Of a DNA stretch of 64,000 nucleotides, positions 24,871-35,253 are shown one piece after another. Within the stretch, counting starts at the first letter, position 1; every line of letters begins with the position of its first letter. The stretch is from a virus (Duplodnaviria; Caudoviricetes): positions 416,001 to 480,000 of the IMG/VR virus record IMGVR_UViG_3300037484_000435, one strand, 5' to 3'. The translations under genes and the position numbers were made by a program. The notes under the pieces were generated by a model. It did not search any database and was not told the origin of the DNA. It was given only the letters and a program-made list of their open reading frames with translations.

Positions 24871-25519
24871 GGCTTACTCCTGCACGAAATGTGGACAGCG
24901 ACAGTGATACTCCGTCGCCTTTCTGCAGGCTGAGTCAATGGCCTCTTGAATAAAGTCAGGGGGCTGACTACCCCATTCCCCACGGCTGAACTCGTGTTCT
25001 ACCGTAGAGAGGATCTCGTCAGGATCGAGTTTAGAGAAACCACAGAACTTTCTAACGAGAATCTCAAATTCTCCCCGCCAATGTTCCACACCAATCATCC
25101 ACATCCCCACACGAACAGGGATGAGAGCATGACGGCCACAGGACAGATGCCCGCCACGAGGAATGTAAATAGCCTTGGGTTTACTACCATCCTCGTTGAC
25201 GATAACGACAGCATTTCCTGTGTTGGTTGCCGATCCTCCCTCCTCCCACATACATGGGAGTCCAGTTTTGCTTCTTTCAATGTTCTTCATGTCCGTGTCC
25301 TTTCTTAGACGTGAACTGGAATAGCACCATTTTTTGTTATAGAGTCGTGCTTCTCTATTACTTGTTAAGTATATATTGCTCGTCCATGGGTGCGCATGTA
25401 ACTCCAATTAAAGGGTCCTTGCCACATAACCTATCATTGGTTGTGTTCAGGATTGCCTCCACCCCTCTATTAAGACCAGAGGGGAATCCTCGTGTTGAGG
25501 ACTCCCCTATTGAACTACT

Positions 25520-26794
25520 TTACCTTACTATGTCTTTGTTCGTGATATAGAGGCCCATGAACTTTTTGAGGGGAAACTTTGAGCCCTCAACCACCCTTAT
25601 GAATGCGTGGGCCATAACGAATTCACCTCTCACTACCGCTACCCTGAAGCACTTCTGTTCTTTGGACCCATTAAACCAGAACTCCAGACAGTCATGTTTT
25701 AGTTCCCACGATATCGCGAGTTCAGGGAGCACTAGCACCACCGTGCCAATGGGCATGTATTTCTGGCTCATGAAATGCTTCCTCAGGTCGTGCGTGTTTA
25801 GAAGCTCATGAAGAGGCCGACTCAACACACAACTAGGGGCAGGGACACCAGAATCTTTGTCGGGCACGTCCTCCTTTACTCCCTCAGAGCTAACTAGAAA
25901 GTCCTCTGCTACAGAGACGCTGTTCTCTACTTCCGCTGGCGGTGGATCTTCCTCTGCGCGAACGTCCCTTGTGTGGGGGTGTATTTCGGAACAAATATTT
26001 ACGAGTTGTTCCTCTATTTTCCTAAGAAGCAGTGTGTGCTCTCCCCCCACCTTTAGGCGGTCCACCTCACGAGAAAGACTCTCGATTATGGACTCTGCCA
26101 AACGTAGTTCACTTTGGGCCTCAATGTCTTTTTCGACAAACGATCCCACTACCTCCTCAAGACTGAGGCAGTAATCTCTCATATCATTGAGTAGGTCTAG
26201 TTGTTTGAACATCCCTAGTGGGCCAATTTCTGAGGGGGATGTGGATGTTGTGTGTGGAATCGGGACCATTTGATAGGGTTGCTGGTAGATTTTGCTTCCG
26301 CACCCCTCACTTGCAGAATACGGCTTAACAACCCTGCTTGTATAAACTTTAGTACCGTTACCCCGCCACAGAAAATCCCAATCAAGGGGCCTCTTCCAGC
26401 CCTTGTCTCCTACAACCTCTCGGAAATACATAGCCTGTTTCATTCCAGCGTGGAATTCCTCTGGGGTTCTCCACATTACTGGATCCAAGGTGTAATCCTC
26501 AAGATTTGTTGTGGGCTCGTTAACAATAAAATTCATAACTCTTCTGGTGGCTGGATGTCCCGACTTTTTGACGATGGCTTCTCTCAGCAGGGAGAGTCCG
26601 GGGTCGATACACCACTTCCCCTGCGTAGTAGCTAACACCTTCTGGGCCAACACACAGGCACCCCAGATTTTGCTGGTTTTAAGTGCCTCAGCAACTTGGG
26701 GCCCCGCACTAACCGAACCAATCACCTGTTGAATAAAAGCAGGTGTGGTGTGGACAGTCCTACCATCCACTTGTCTAACCATTGTGCGAGACAT
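25520..26794 (-). CDS. Hypothetical protein, 424 aa, central coiled coil
   Basis: Long ORF with AGGAAGGAG RBS; no family recognised. Confidence 0.75.
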   Translation of the reverse strand: MSRTMVRQVDGRTVHTTPAFIQQVIGSVSAGPQVAEALKTSKIWGACVLAQKVLATTQGKWCIDPGLSLLREAIVKKSGHPATRRVMNFIVNEPTTNLEDYTLDPVMWRTPEEFHAGMKQAMYFREVVGDKGWKRPLDWDFLWRGNGTKVYTSRVVKPYSASEGCGSKIYQQPYQMVPIPHTTSTSPSEIGPLGMFKQLDLLNDMRDYCLSLEEVVGSFVEKDIEAQSELRLAESIIESLSREVDRLKVGGEHTLLLRKIEEQLVNICSEIHPHTRDVRAEEDPPPAEVENSVSVAEDFLVSSEGVKEDVPDKDSGVPAPSCVLSRPLHELLNTHDLRKHFMSQKYMPIGTVVLVLPELAISWELKHDCLEFWFNGSKEQKCFRVAVVRGEFVMAHAFIRVVEGSKFPLKKFMGLYITNKDIVR

Positions 26795-28562
26795 TCTACT
26801 TCTCCTTCCTGTTAGTTTCCCTGAAGTCTCCTTAAAAAATGCAAGAAGCTATTCCAAGGAACAGGGAATCTGGTGGTTTCCATGTTGACCCATCTCATCT
26901 GAAACAGGTCGTGACGATTGTGGAGTCTCTCAACTCCATCTGTTGTGGCCCGCCAGACATACTCCTCGTTTGGGCAAGGAAACTGTGATATCCTCACCTT
27001 CACTCTGTTGCCTCCTTCTCTGTTATCCAAGGAGGGAGAGGCTTGTCGGGATAAAACCTTTTCCACTCCTTGAGGAATTTATCTTTGGGGAGCCACAACC
27101 AATAGGCTACCCTAGCCTCATATCCGCAGGACTCACACGTGGATATGGAACTGGGGTGCGAGTTCAGATTCCCACATGTTGGACAATAAAGTGGCATGTT
27201 CCTCTTTTCTATTGGTGGATCTGTGACCCCTTCTTAGTGAAGGTTATTGTTGTTGGTTCAGGTTCAGGGCGTGTGGCTACCCAATATATGACTCCCACTG
27301 CTGCAACAACTAATAAACCTATCCCAATTACAGGCCAGAAGCTGGAGCTGGGGTTGTGGATTATAGGAGTGAATGCACGCATTGCTGTATCCACACCCTT
27401 GGGGATTTCACTTCCTTCCAGCATTTCTAAGCCATATCCACCGATGACCTCTCGGAACTTCGCTATTCCCCATGGATCTATCTCTGACAGATCCCAAGCT
27501 GGGTCTATCCAAATCCAGTTTGCCATAGTTACATCACCTCTCTCAGATACCAGATTAGTTGCACATGTGACTGTGCAATTATTTTAAATGGGTTCATGAT
27601 AAGTTCACAGCGGGACCGTGTAAAAGCGGTCATGTGTTGTGTTCCTATTTTTCCCCACAGTTTCTTGGTCAATAATAACTGAACCGCCACCAACCACAAA
27701 GAGGCTACCCTTTATTTGAATCCCTTTGCTAGGAAACATTGTTTCTAACTCTGTGATCTTGCTCTTCATGTCAAGGCACTGCCAGCATGTCAGTAATAAC
27801 CTCAATGCTGTTTCTGGAACCTTGTCACCTTTATAAATCCAAACCTTCACGTCAAACCTCCTGTTTCATCTTGGCAAGAAGAAACCTGAAACGCAAGGGA
27901 TCGGACCTTGGCGCTCCAAGGATTGTAGTTGATGTGGTCAAGGGGTATGGAAGGAAACTGGGTCTTTTCCCATGATTTTCAGGCCCCTGTTCCCCCATAT
28001 CTCCTCGCATTGTTGCCTAGACGGGTGTTGCTCTATCGCCATGTTACGATGAGTTCCCCACCTTACCTGCTCATCACCGTCACGGTAATCTAGTATTTCC
28101 ACGTAGCCCTTAGTAGCAGGTTCCGTGTAAACCAATACAGTGAATCGGGCCATAGTTCCTTCTCCTCACTTAGGAAAGCAGGGAGCCTCACCTTCACAGT
28201 GGCCCCCCTCTTTGAGACAATTCTCGATGGGTATGATTCCGTGATAGAATCTCTTCCCGTTGCTCAAATAAGATATGCACCTACAGCACACCATGCTACA
28301 GAGCATTACCTCATTACCGTCTTTGGGGGTAACGTCTATGTCTACCCCCCACATGGGTATTAGTATGAGCAAGACAACAAAAGCCCACGCAACATACTTC
28401 TTCATATTGTTACTCCTATTTGCGGATGAACCAGTTGAATCTCCAAACTCGGTGTACACAGAGGGTAGTGAGTTGATGACGATTTAGTTCGGGACAGTAG
28501 AAGACCAGCTACTACGCCGCTCATAAATACCACCAAGAAAGTTACCACAACACTCACCCTTC

Positions 28563-28991
28563 TCATCTTTTGCCTCCTCGAATAACATGAAACCAAACCT
28601 CGTCCAACTTGCCCACGTGATGGATAGACCGAGATCCCTTGTGGTCCCCATCTAAGAGAATACCGGGCGATTCAATAACGGTTGACCTAACCGAGTCGAT
28701 GACAACAGTCACCCCTATTGGGTAACCATTATACGTAACAGCCTCGTAGACCTCTCCCACGCGATATTTACCGTACTCATCCTCGATACGAAGTGACAAC
28801 CTTTTTCGCCCAGAGCTGAGGTCTTTATCAAAACCGACAGGGAAGGGCATCTTATTCATCGAAGGTGTCTTCTCCTCTCGGCATGAACAACTACAGGCTG
28901 TATACTTTGGTAGACCTGTGCATGGTGAGTTGGACACAATGGGTCCTCTTCCTCTGAAAAATACTGGACCGGTTTCCCACATACTTGGCAC
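28563..28991 (-). CDS. Possible ASCH-like domain protein
   Basis: SGRKRLSLR..YRVGEVY..VTVVIDSV loosely resembles the ASCH GxKxxTxR pattern. Confidence 0.3.
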   Translation of the reverse strand: MPSMWETGPVFFRGRGPIVSNSPCTGLPKYTACSCSCREEKTPSMNKMPFPVGFDKDLSSGRKRLSLRIEDEYGKYRVGEVYEAVTYNGYPIGVTVVIDSVRSTVIESPGILLDGDHKGSRSIHHVGKLDEVWFHVIRGGKR

Positions 28992-29528
28992 TTCCCGTGC
29001 GATCTTTCTCGCAACACCACCTTCTTATCGTCTCTCATCCCAAGAACTCCTTTCATGGGTGAACATCAAGAGAACACCTATGTTCTTTGATAGTCAAGTA
29101 GATATCCTTGGCCACCTCCCCTGTTATTAAGCGAGCCTTTTGATTTTCCAGTTGCCTGCGGATACTCCTGATCTGTGCACATGCGTGAAAAAATGAGATG
29201 GGAACCCAATAGATTTCCAACACCCTATCCGGTTCTCCATCCAACACCACACTGTAGCATCTGGATCCTCTATGGTATATCCTCATCCTGTTCTCCAAAG
29301 AGAATTCTCCGATAGGGTACGCCCACCACCTCTTCTAGTCCATCCCACGTTTCTGCCGACTCTATTCTTTTAATCTTAGCAGCAGTCTCCGTCTGGATTT
29401 GTGAGATGGACTCTAGGGCTGATCTTTCAAACTCTTCCAGCTCCTTTTCTAAAGTTTTATCAGCCTCACTAATTTTTTCCATCAAGGCATTAATGCGGAA
29501 CCTCCCACTATCCATCCCTTACTCCTCA

Positions 29529-29909
29529 TTACCGCGGGGGAGTTGCTTTCACACCGGTATTTATCAGCGTACTCCCCATTGTAGACCACAGATCGGCCAA
29601 CCAAGACCTCTCTTTAGGTGATCGTTTACGAGAAACAATCCGTTTGCCACTATGTACAGCCAAATGCTTCCGCTGGGTAAGCCGCTCCAAATTTGTGGGG
29701 CCGTCGTTTAATCGGTTATGGTCCCGATGGTGTATCTCCTCCCCTTTTTGGAGCGGGCCCTCAGAGGGATTGGCCAGATGGTACACAAGAGTCGCACGCG
29801 TAAAGTATTGGTCGTTATAACATACTCTATAACGCCCATCTTTTTTAGAGATGAAATGCGTTCCTTCTTCCAACACCCTCTTGTAGAAATCCAGTTTAGT
29901 TTCTTCCAC
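29529..29909 (-). CDS. HNH homing-type endonuclease
   Basis: LVYHLAN..EIHHRDHNRLND..NLERLTQRKH. Confidence 0.75.
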   Translation of the reverse strand: MEETKLDFYKRVLEEGTHFISKKDGRYRVCYNDQYFTRATLVYHLANPSEGPLQKGEEIHHRDHNRLNDGPTNLERLTQRKHLAVHSGKRIVSRKRSPKERSWLADLWSTMGSTLINTGVKATPPR

Positions 29910-30792
29910 GTATTCCTCCTGTTATCCAACCCCACAACTTCGTGATTGGGTTCGTTGGTTGTTGTTTGTTTAAAGACTTGTTTAACAAATCCGCAATTGC
30001 TCTGGGGTCAACTTTTGAAGAACTTGTAGCTGGTGCAGTTCGTGTCCCGCGGGCCGTAAGGAACCCAGCCGAATGTACAAACCATTCACTCCTTTCTTCT
30101 TTGGGAACCGCTTCTAGAACAATACTAGTAGGTATTCTGATGCCATCGCGACGGGAAACCCCGACATTGTGACCATCCACATACACAATGAATTTAGCGC
30201 CCCTATCCATGAGGACGCCGTTGGTTGCTCTGTGTTGGGTATTTCTGGTGATGGCTACTTCCCCTATTATTTCTTGCGCATCTGCCTCTCTTTCAGCAAG
30301 GGTTCGTGATTGCCAGTTCTTTGCCAAGCCATCTAGTATAACAAACATTTGCTGGCATACCCAAGAATCGTCCCTATTTAATGCTTGGAAACCCCGAAGA
30401 ATCGCATGCAATCCAGTAGAAGTTAGGGCTAACAACGTCTCGTCAGGTAGCGATTTACCGAGGAGTTTCCTAGCACCTAAACCATAGGTATCCACGGTGT
30501 CTACCAACTTAACAAGCGATCTCAAATTTTTGATTATAACAGGGTCCCCATGCTGCTTTACCAAAAAAGCAAAACAGGAATGGACTCTCCCATTATTGTC
30601 TTTTTCCCCTTTGATCCCGCACTCTATGTCTAGAGCGATCTCATTGTCTGAGATATCTTCGGACTTTGAGTTCGCAGATACGAACCGCAACTTCGCTTGT
30701 GGGTTCGCATACGTCCTGTAAAACCAAGCGGATGTGACCGCGTCCACATCAACATTTACGTGAGTTACCACGTCTTTATGTTTCAACATCAT
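29896..30792 (-). CDS. DHH/MYG1-like phosphoesterase-fold protein
   Basis: VVTHVNVDVDAVTSAW and ALDIECG resemble DHH-superfamily N-terminal motifs; WFVHSAGF near the C-terminus. Confidence 0.4.
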   Translation of the reverse strand: MMLKHKDVVTHVNVDVDAVTSAWFYRTYANPQAKLRFVSANSKSEDISDNEIALDIECGIKGEKDNNGRVHSCFAFLVKQHGDPVIIKNLRSLVKLVDTVDTYGLGARKLLGKSLPDETLLALTSTGLHAILRGFQALNRDDSWVCQQMFVILDGLAKNWQSRTLAEREADAQEIIGEVAITRNTQHRATNGVLMDRGAKFIVYVDGHNVGVSRRDGIRIPTSIVLEAVPKEERSEWFVHSAGFLTARGTRTAPATSSSKVDPRAIADLLNKSLNKQQPTNPITKLWGWITGGIRGRN

Positions 30793-30796
30793 TCTT

Positions 30797-31393
30797 TTAT
30801 TCCTCCGATACCGCCACGGCTAGAAAGAGTTCAAAGACATCTGTGTAAAGATGACTACCAACAGGGAAAAACTGAACTAGTCCTTTTGTTGATTTGTTTT
30901 TTACACCATTTATGAGCATTTCGAAAAGCTCCGATGTTGCCCTTTCCAAATCATGCTCTTCCTCTTCAGTCCACTCCCACTCCTCATCATCTCCGTCCAC
31001 ATGCCATAGGGTTTTGACTCCTTTGAGTGTTTCTTGTATGATCCGCCCCCAAGGGCTTAAACCTTCTTTGGGAGATGGCCCATCCAAGATGGCTGCGTCT
31101 GCATTCAACTCAGGATAAGTTACTCCTAGGGCTTTCATTGTTGCTAAGAGACCATCAGCGTCTTTGTCAGCCACGATGACATCAACCCAGTCGAACTCCC
31201 CCGCCTGAAGCATCGACGAACACGAGGGATTCTTCTCTCTCGTTGAGTAGCGTGCTCTGTCACCAATGAGACGACGCACATACTCATTGCCAGGATGTTC
31301 GTGGTGATCCACCACATATACCTCTACGCCTCGCCTGTGTAACTCTGTCACGGTTCCTGTCATCTGCTTGGTAGCGGGCGTGTCGATGAACAA
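30797..31393 (-). CDS. DHH-motif protein, possibly the C-terminal part of a frameshifted gene starting at 31541
   Basis: YVVDHHEHP, ADKDADG; weak TTG start with an in-frame TAA just upstream; the RBS lies before ORF 31541. Confidence 0.5.
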   Translation of the reverse strand: MFIDTPATKQMTGTVTELHRRGVEVYVVDHHEHPGNEYVRRLIGDRARYSTREKNPSCSSMLQAGEFDWVDVIVADKDADGLLATMKALGVTYPELNADAAILDGPSPKEGLSPWGRIIQETLKGVKTLWHVDGDDEEWEWTEEEEHDLERATSELFEMLINGVKNKSTKGLVQFFPVGSHLYTDVFELFLAVAVSEE

Positions 31394-31576
31394 AACGTTG
31401 CTTGGGTTTTACCCTTTCTATTGTTTTCCTGAATGATTTAGAATACTCGGGTTCAGGTTTCATATAACTGTAGAAGAAGGACCACTTTCCTAGTGACAGC
31501 CCAAAATCCTTAGTTCGACGAAAACCCACCATCTTTTCCACCTTTTTCCTTTCTTTTGATTCATTTTTCTTTATTA

Positions 31577-31629
31577 ACCCTATCTAACCCTTAGATCCTT
31601 ATTGAGGTAAGTGGGTACTTATCAAAAGG
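31577..31629. repeat. Dispersed hairpin element, copy 2
   Basis: ACCC..TAGAT-CCTT-attgagg-TAAG-tgggta-CTTA-tcaa-AAGG. Confidence 0.7.
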
Positions 31630-32684
31630 CTCTAATGAATTATTCGTGCAGGCGGACAGGGGAATAGATTCATTGTCTTATTATTAATATATTAGACGCG
31701 TGTGCCCTCCCACGTGAGACTGCTATCCCTTAGGACTGAGTATCACGTGGAAGTACACGAGACGGGAATCCTAACCAACAGGAGGATCTAGTCCCTCACT
31801 TCTTGTTGGCGTCTGTCCTCTTCAGATACTCCTCTGCCCGCCTTAGGGTATCCGAGCTACTTCGCAGGGCGTCTTGTGCACACTTACCTGTGCATAAACT
31901 TTCCGCCCTGTACCTATCCATCAGTGGGTTTTGCCTGAGCAAGTCCTTGGTGCATTGATCTACACAAGGTTCGGCCCATATCACACTGGGCAGTAACGCA
32001 AGGATAAATGCAAAAACCAAACCAACACTAACAACCTTCTTCATTCTTCTTCACCTCTTTCGATTTAACCTCCTACCTTTATAAAAATCTTAGGTGGAGG
32101 AGTTGGGAAGTAGGCACGAAGGGCTGAACATAGCCAACCTGTCATACCTGTTTCCTTGTGGAAGTAAGTCCTCTCCCCGATAGCTTCAAGCTCTGCGTCT
32201 ACGCCAGGGAAGGGCTTATCAGAAAAAGTTAGAGCAAACGACTGTTGTGGTGGCAACCCCTTGATACCCAAGATGTAGTTGATCATCTTAGGAGTACCTC
32301 CTAGAAACAGCTCCCTGTAAATACTCCGAGGGGGGGGTCATCGAATAGCCATCCGAAGCCTTTCTCGTAATAAGGCCTAATGGTGTACATGGCGACCTCT
32401 CCCTAGGCTTGTGCCTGATAATCTACTAGACTCGGTGACACGGCGATCAAGGTTTTATCGAAGAGCTCCCTCTCCACCCTCTCCTGCCTCTGAAGTTGTG
32501 CGAGAATGTGCTCCAATACCGTTGTGATTCGATCCAGTCTCTCCGCAATAGGAAATAAAATCCTTTTGCTGTCCTCGCCTTGTTGAGTGGTCTCTGTGGA
32601 CATCGCCTTCCTCCTGTTATTTTCTAAAAGATTGCTTAATCCCAGAGTTTGACGTTCTGAAATTCAGCAATACCTCAGAAAAAT

Positions 32685-33083
32685 AAGTCTTGGTAAATAA
32701 GTATCTGGTATGTTGCTGATATAGTAAGATGTCTTCCCCAAGACACCGCAACAAGGCTAGATACTCAACCGTTGGTGTGTGCGGGAAGCACCACCAAGGA
32801 CCGAAGACTTAGACTACTTTTAACGTAGACCAAAATTAATATGAAAGATTGCGAACTACTGTGTCTACGTTGGGGTCTCGGGACCGCCGACCGATGTTAC
32901 CAACCATCAGCAGAGTGGCAAAACCGTTCCCTGCCTAGTTAGTAATACTACCCGCTTAGTGTGGGGCTAACACTTCTTCACAGTTAGTCTTAGTGTTCTG
33001 TCCTGCAAAGATGACATTGAACACATCACCTAATTGATATAGCTCAATTTAGGAAAACTTAGTTTAGAACCAAGAGTCTAAAC
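32685..33083 (-). ncRNA. Structured ~400-nt intergenic RNA candidate
   Basis: Nested stems 32685-91/32804-10, 32699-706/32759-66, 32711-16/32748-53, 32728-35/32740-47; also 32822-30/32863-71, 33029-53, 33062-83; no ORF. Confidence 0.55.
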
Positions 33084-33091
33084 GTTTCTCT

Positions 33092-33526
33092 TTATCGAAC
33101 GGGAACCACGTTCGCTTCGGCTTCACTGTCCATCCAAGAGGCAAACCAAGAAACCGCCCCAAGGATAAGAGCAAGACCGATAACGATCGTGATGGCCCAG
33201 AACACTACTTTAACCGCTACGAACAAAGCTCCTGCAACCACCAAGATCGCTCCTACGAGGAAAGCACTGAGGGCAGAAACTGCAGCGGTAATGTTTCCTA
33301 CCAACCCTGCCAAGCTCAGCTTTCCAAGCCAAGCAACGGCGGCGGGGAAGATGTGAAACAGAGTGAAGAAGCCGATAGCAAACGCGAAGCCTGCTGCGAT
33401 GTGGTCACCCATAGCAACCACAACCGAACTAACCCAACGGCCACCCGCCTTGGCGGTTTCCCACACTCTGGCGATAAGGCCTTTGGTGGCGTCTTTCACA
33501 CCACCGAGATCGATTTTGTCCAACAT
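33092..33526 (-). CDS. Multi-pass membrane protein
   Basis: 3-4 hydrophobic Ala/Gly/Val-rich segments; GGAGG RBS. Confidence 0.7.
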   Translation of the reverse strand: MLDKIDLGGVKDATKGLIARVWETAKAGGRWVSSVVVAMGDHIAAGFAFAIGFFTLFHIFPAAVAWLGKLSLAGLVGNITAAVSALSAFLVGAILVVAGALFVAVKVVFWAITIVIGLALILGAVSWFASWMDSEAEANVVPVR

Positions 33527-33765
33527 AGGACACCTCCGAAAACTTTTTTAAAAGAGCGATGCTCTGTTTTGTCTTTGTTGTCATCTCCTTGCTATTGCAC
33601 CAGAGATTTACATTTGTCCTAACACACTCACTGTCTCCGTCGAGATTCAGTTCCTGTGTTGTTTTTAAACCTAGAAGAGTATTGATGGTGGGGCCATCTG
33701 AGATATTTTGGGGTAAACATTTTGTGACGACGTTTCCCTTACGTGACACATGAATAATAGTATTT

Positions 33766-33828
33766 ACCCAAATACTCTTCATTAAACTATAAATCCCTTT
33801 ATAGGGTAAGTGGGACTTACTATAAAGG
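33766..33828. repeat. Dispersed hairpin element, copy 3
   Basis: ACCC..TATAAAT-CCCTTTATAGG-GTAAG-tggga-CTTAC-TATAAAGG. Confidence 0.75.
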
Positions 33829-34199
33829 TATTGATATTAGAAAGCACGCAGAGGCGATGGGCGGTGGAGAAGTCGGGTTACCTATCCCTAGGTGCCTGCT
33901 TCTCCCCGATCCCCATTTAACAACTTTGCCAAAAGCTGTAAGGCTTATCGCGATAGCCTAGTAGTTTTTTGGCCGAGGTAACTACCAGACCTCATTTGGG
34001 GCCAAGAACATCCAAAAATTTTTTAAACACAGGGGCCATAATACCAAGGACTTGTACCCCCGACTCAATCTTTTGTGTGATTGAAGTATTTGAGTCAGAG
34101 CAATCCATATCTGCAGCACTAAGTATTATCCTGTTTGTATCTGATAATAAATTACGTTCAATTTTGTTTTTGTCCATGTTTGTTTATTTAACTCCTGAT

Positions 34200-34680
34200 T
34201 TTTTGGGGAGGTGGAGTTAGTGGTCCTCGTCTTATCTACCTCCCCTACGCGCGGTGGAATGTTGCTGTGACTTGCTTTCCTCCCATCACAGGGTTCTTAG
34301 CCCACAGCAGAGCACCCTAAAAATGCGTGGCTTATTGCTAACACCCCAAACGATTTAACTGCTTCCATCGTTGGGTGCCACCACCAAGAAAAGTTGGAGC
34401 AGCGGGAATCGAACCCACTAGTTACGGTGTTCCACCATTAACACCGAGAATTTGCTCCGCTTCAAAGTCCAATCCAATCGAGACGCCCAGTGGTCGACTT
34501 CACTAGGCGTGGTGGGACTCCTCTAAGTGCTCCTCCCATGCACGACGGCGATGCTGGGTGTGGCTATCTGCCAGACCTCTAGAGCCGTTTCAAGGGAGGG
34601 GGTCGAGAGGAGTCCCGAGTTCTCAGTAACTATACTATCCCGACTATCCGGTGGGATCCAGAGAGGTAAGGGTCTGAGAA
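34200..34680 (-). ncRNA. Structured RNA region containing a tRNA-like module
   Basis: 11-bp perfect stem 34514-24/34606-16, stem 34621-26/34674-79, several further hairpins in 34205-34380 and 34483-34510. Confidence 0.5.
34394..34459 (-). ncRNA. tRNA-like element lacking an anticodon arm (66 nt)
   Basis: CGGAGCA/TGCTCCA acceptor stem (C:A at first pair), one 7-bp arm CGGTGTT-AATGGTGG-AACACCG, canonical T arm GTGGG-TTCGATT-CCCGC; CCA not encoded. Confidence 0.6.
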
Positions 34681-34861
34681 AACCTAACCTCAATGGTCCT
34701 CCGCCGATTAGGGGAGGATTTAGCATAGCCTTTAGAACCGGCGCTGTTAAAGTTTGTTGTTTTTTCATTAGAGTATTTACTTAGGGCCAGTCCATTTTAT
34801 AACTCCTTTCGTTTATGCGTAAACGGTGGGACTACCCACCTACCAAATCAAAAGGTAAAGA

Positions 34862-34919
34862 TCCTAATACTTATCATTTGTACTATAAATCCATTGGGTT
34901 AGAGGGTACTAACCAAAGG
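34862..34919. repeat. Dispersed hairpin element, copy 4
   Basis: TATAAAT-CCATTG-GGTTAG-agggta-CTAACC-AAAGG. Confidence 0.7.
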
Positions 34920-35054
34920 ATTGTATAGACTGCACATGGCACGCACGTAAAAAAAATAAACGCGCGTATTAAACCATTATTCCTTAAATATAACGGGTGA
35001 CACGTGCGTGCGTCACCCGTTATAGTAACACAAGCTGGGGGAGGGAGGGACCAA

Positions 35055-35213
35055 TTAGAGATACCTCAACTCAGCAAGAGATTCGATCCTGTCCGGATGA
35101 AAATCTTCCAAGTCACTACGTTCCTGAGAACCAAAGAAATCGTAATCCTCGCTGGAGATTGTGCGACACTTCTCTTCGTTCTCTGCCAACTCTAATTGGT
35201 CTCGATAGTACAT
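35055..35213 (-). CDS. 52-aa acidic peptide
   Basis: AGGAG RBS, ATG 35213, MYYRDQLELAENEEK..LAELRYL; not in the ORF track. Confidence 0.55.
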   Translation of the reverse strand: MYYRDQLELAENEEKCRTISSEDYDFFGSQERSDLEDFHPDRIESLAELRYL

Positions 35214-35253
35214 GTTTTGTCTCCTATGCTTTAAACGTTAACATATGGGAACC

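Noticed and set aside
26943-27587. 214-aa + strand ORF
   Set aside because: Antisense shadow of credible - genes 27000-27197 and 27209-27526; no RBS and atypical composition.
32685-33083. Functional group I intron
   Set aside because: A P7-like helix is present, but I found no P3 partner and no interrupted gene on either side.
33429-33782. 117-aa - strand ORF
   Set aside because: Starts inside the hairpin element, lacks an RBS and overlaps the membrane gene in another frame.
34270-34370. RNase P (GAGGAAAG) or SRP (GGAAGCAG) RNA
   Set aside because: Only short motif fragments; GAGGAAAGUCC and the SRP helix-8 partner strand are missing.
34523-34784. 81-aa and 85-aa ORFs on either strand
   Set aside because: They lie over the 11-bp stem domain, have Pro/Ser/Leu-rich non-coding composition and lack a fitting RBS.
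34394-34800. tmRNA or a complete tRNA
   Set aside because: No G3:U70 Ala acceptor, no tag frame ending in an ALAA-like sequence, and no anticodon arm.
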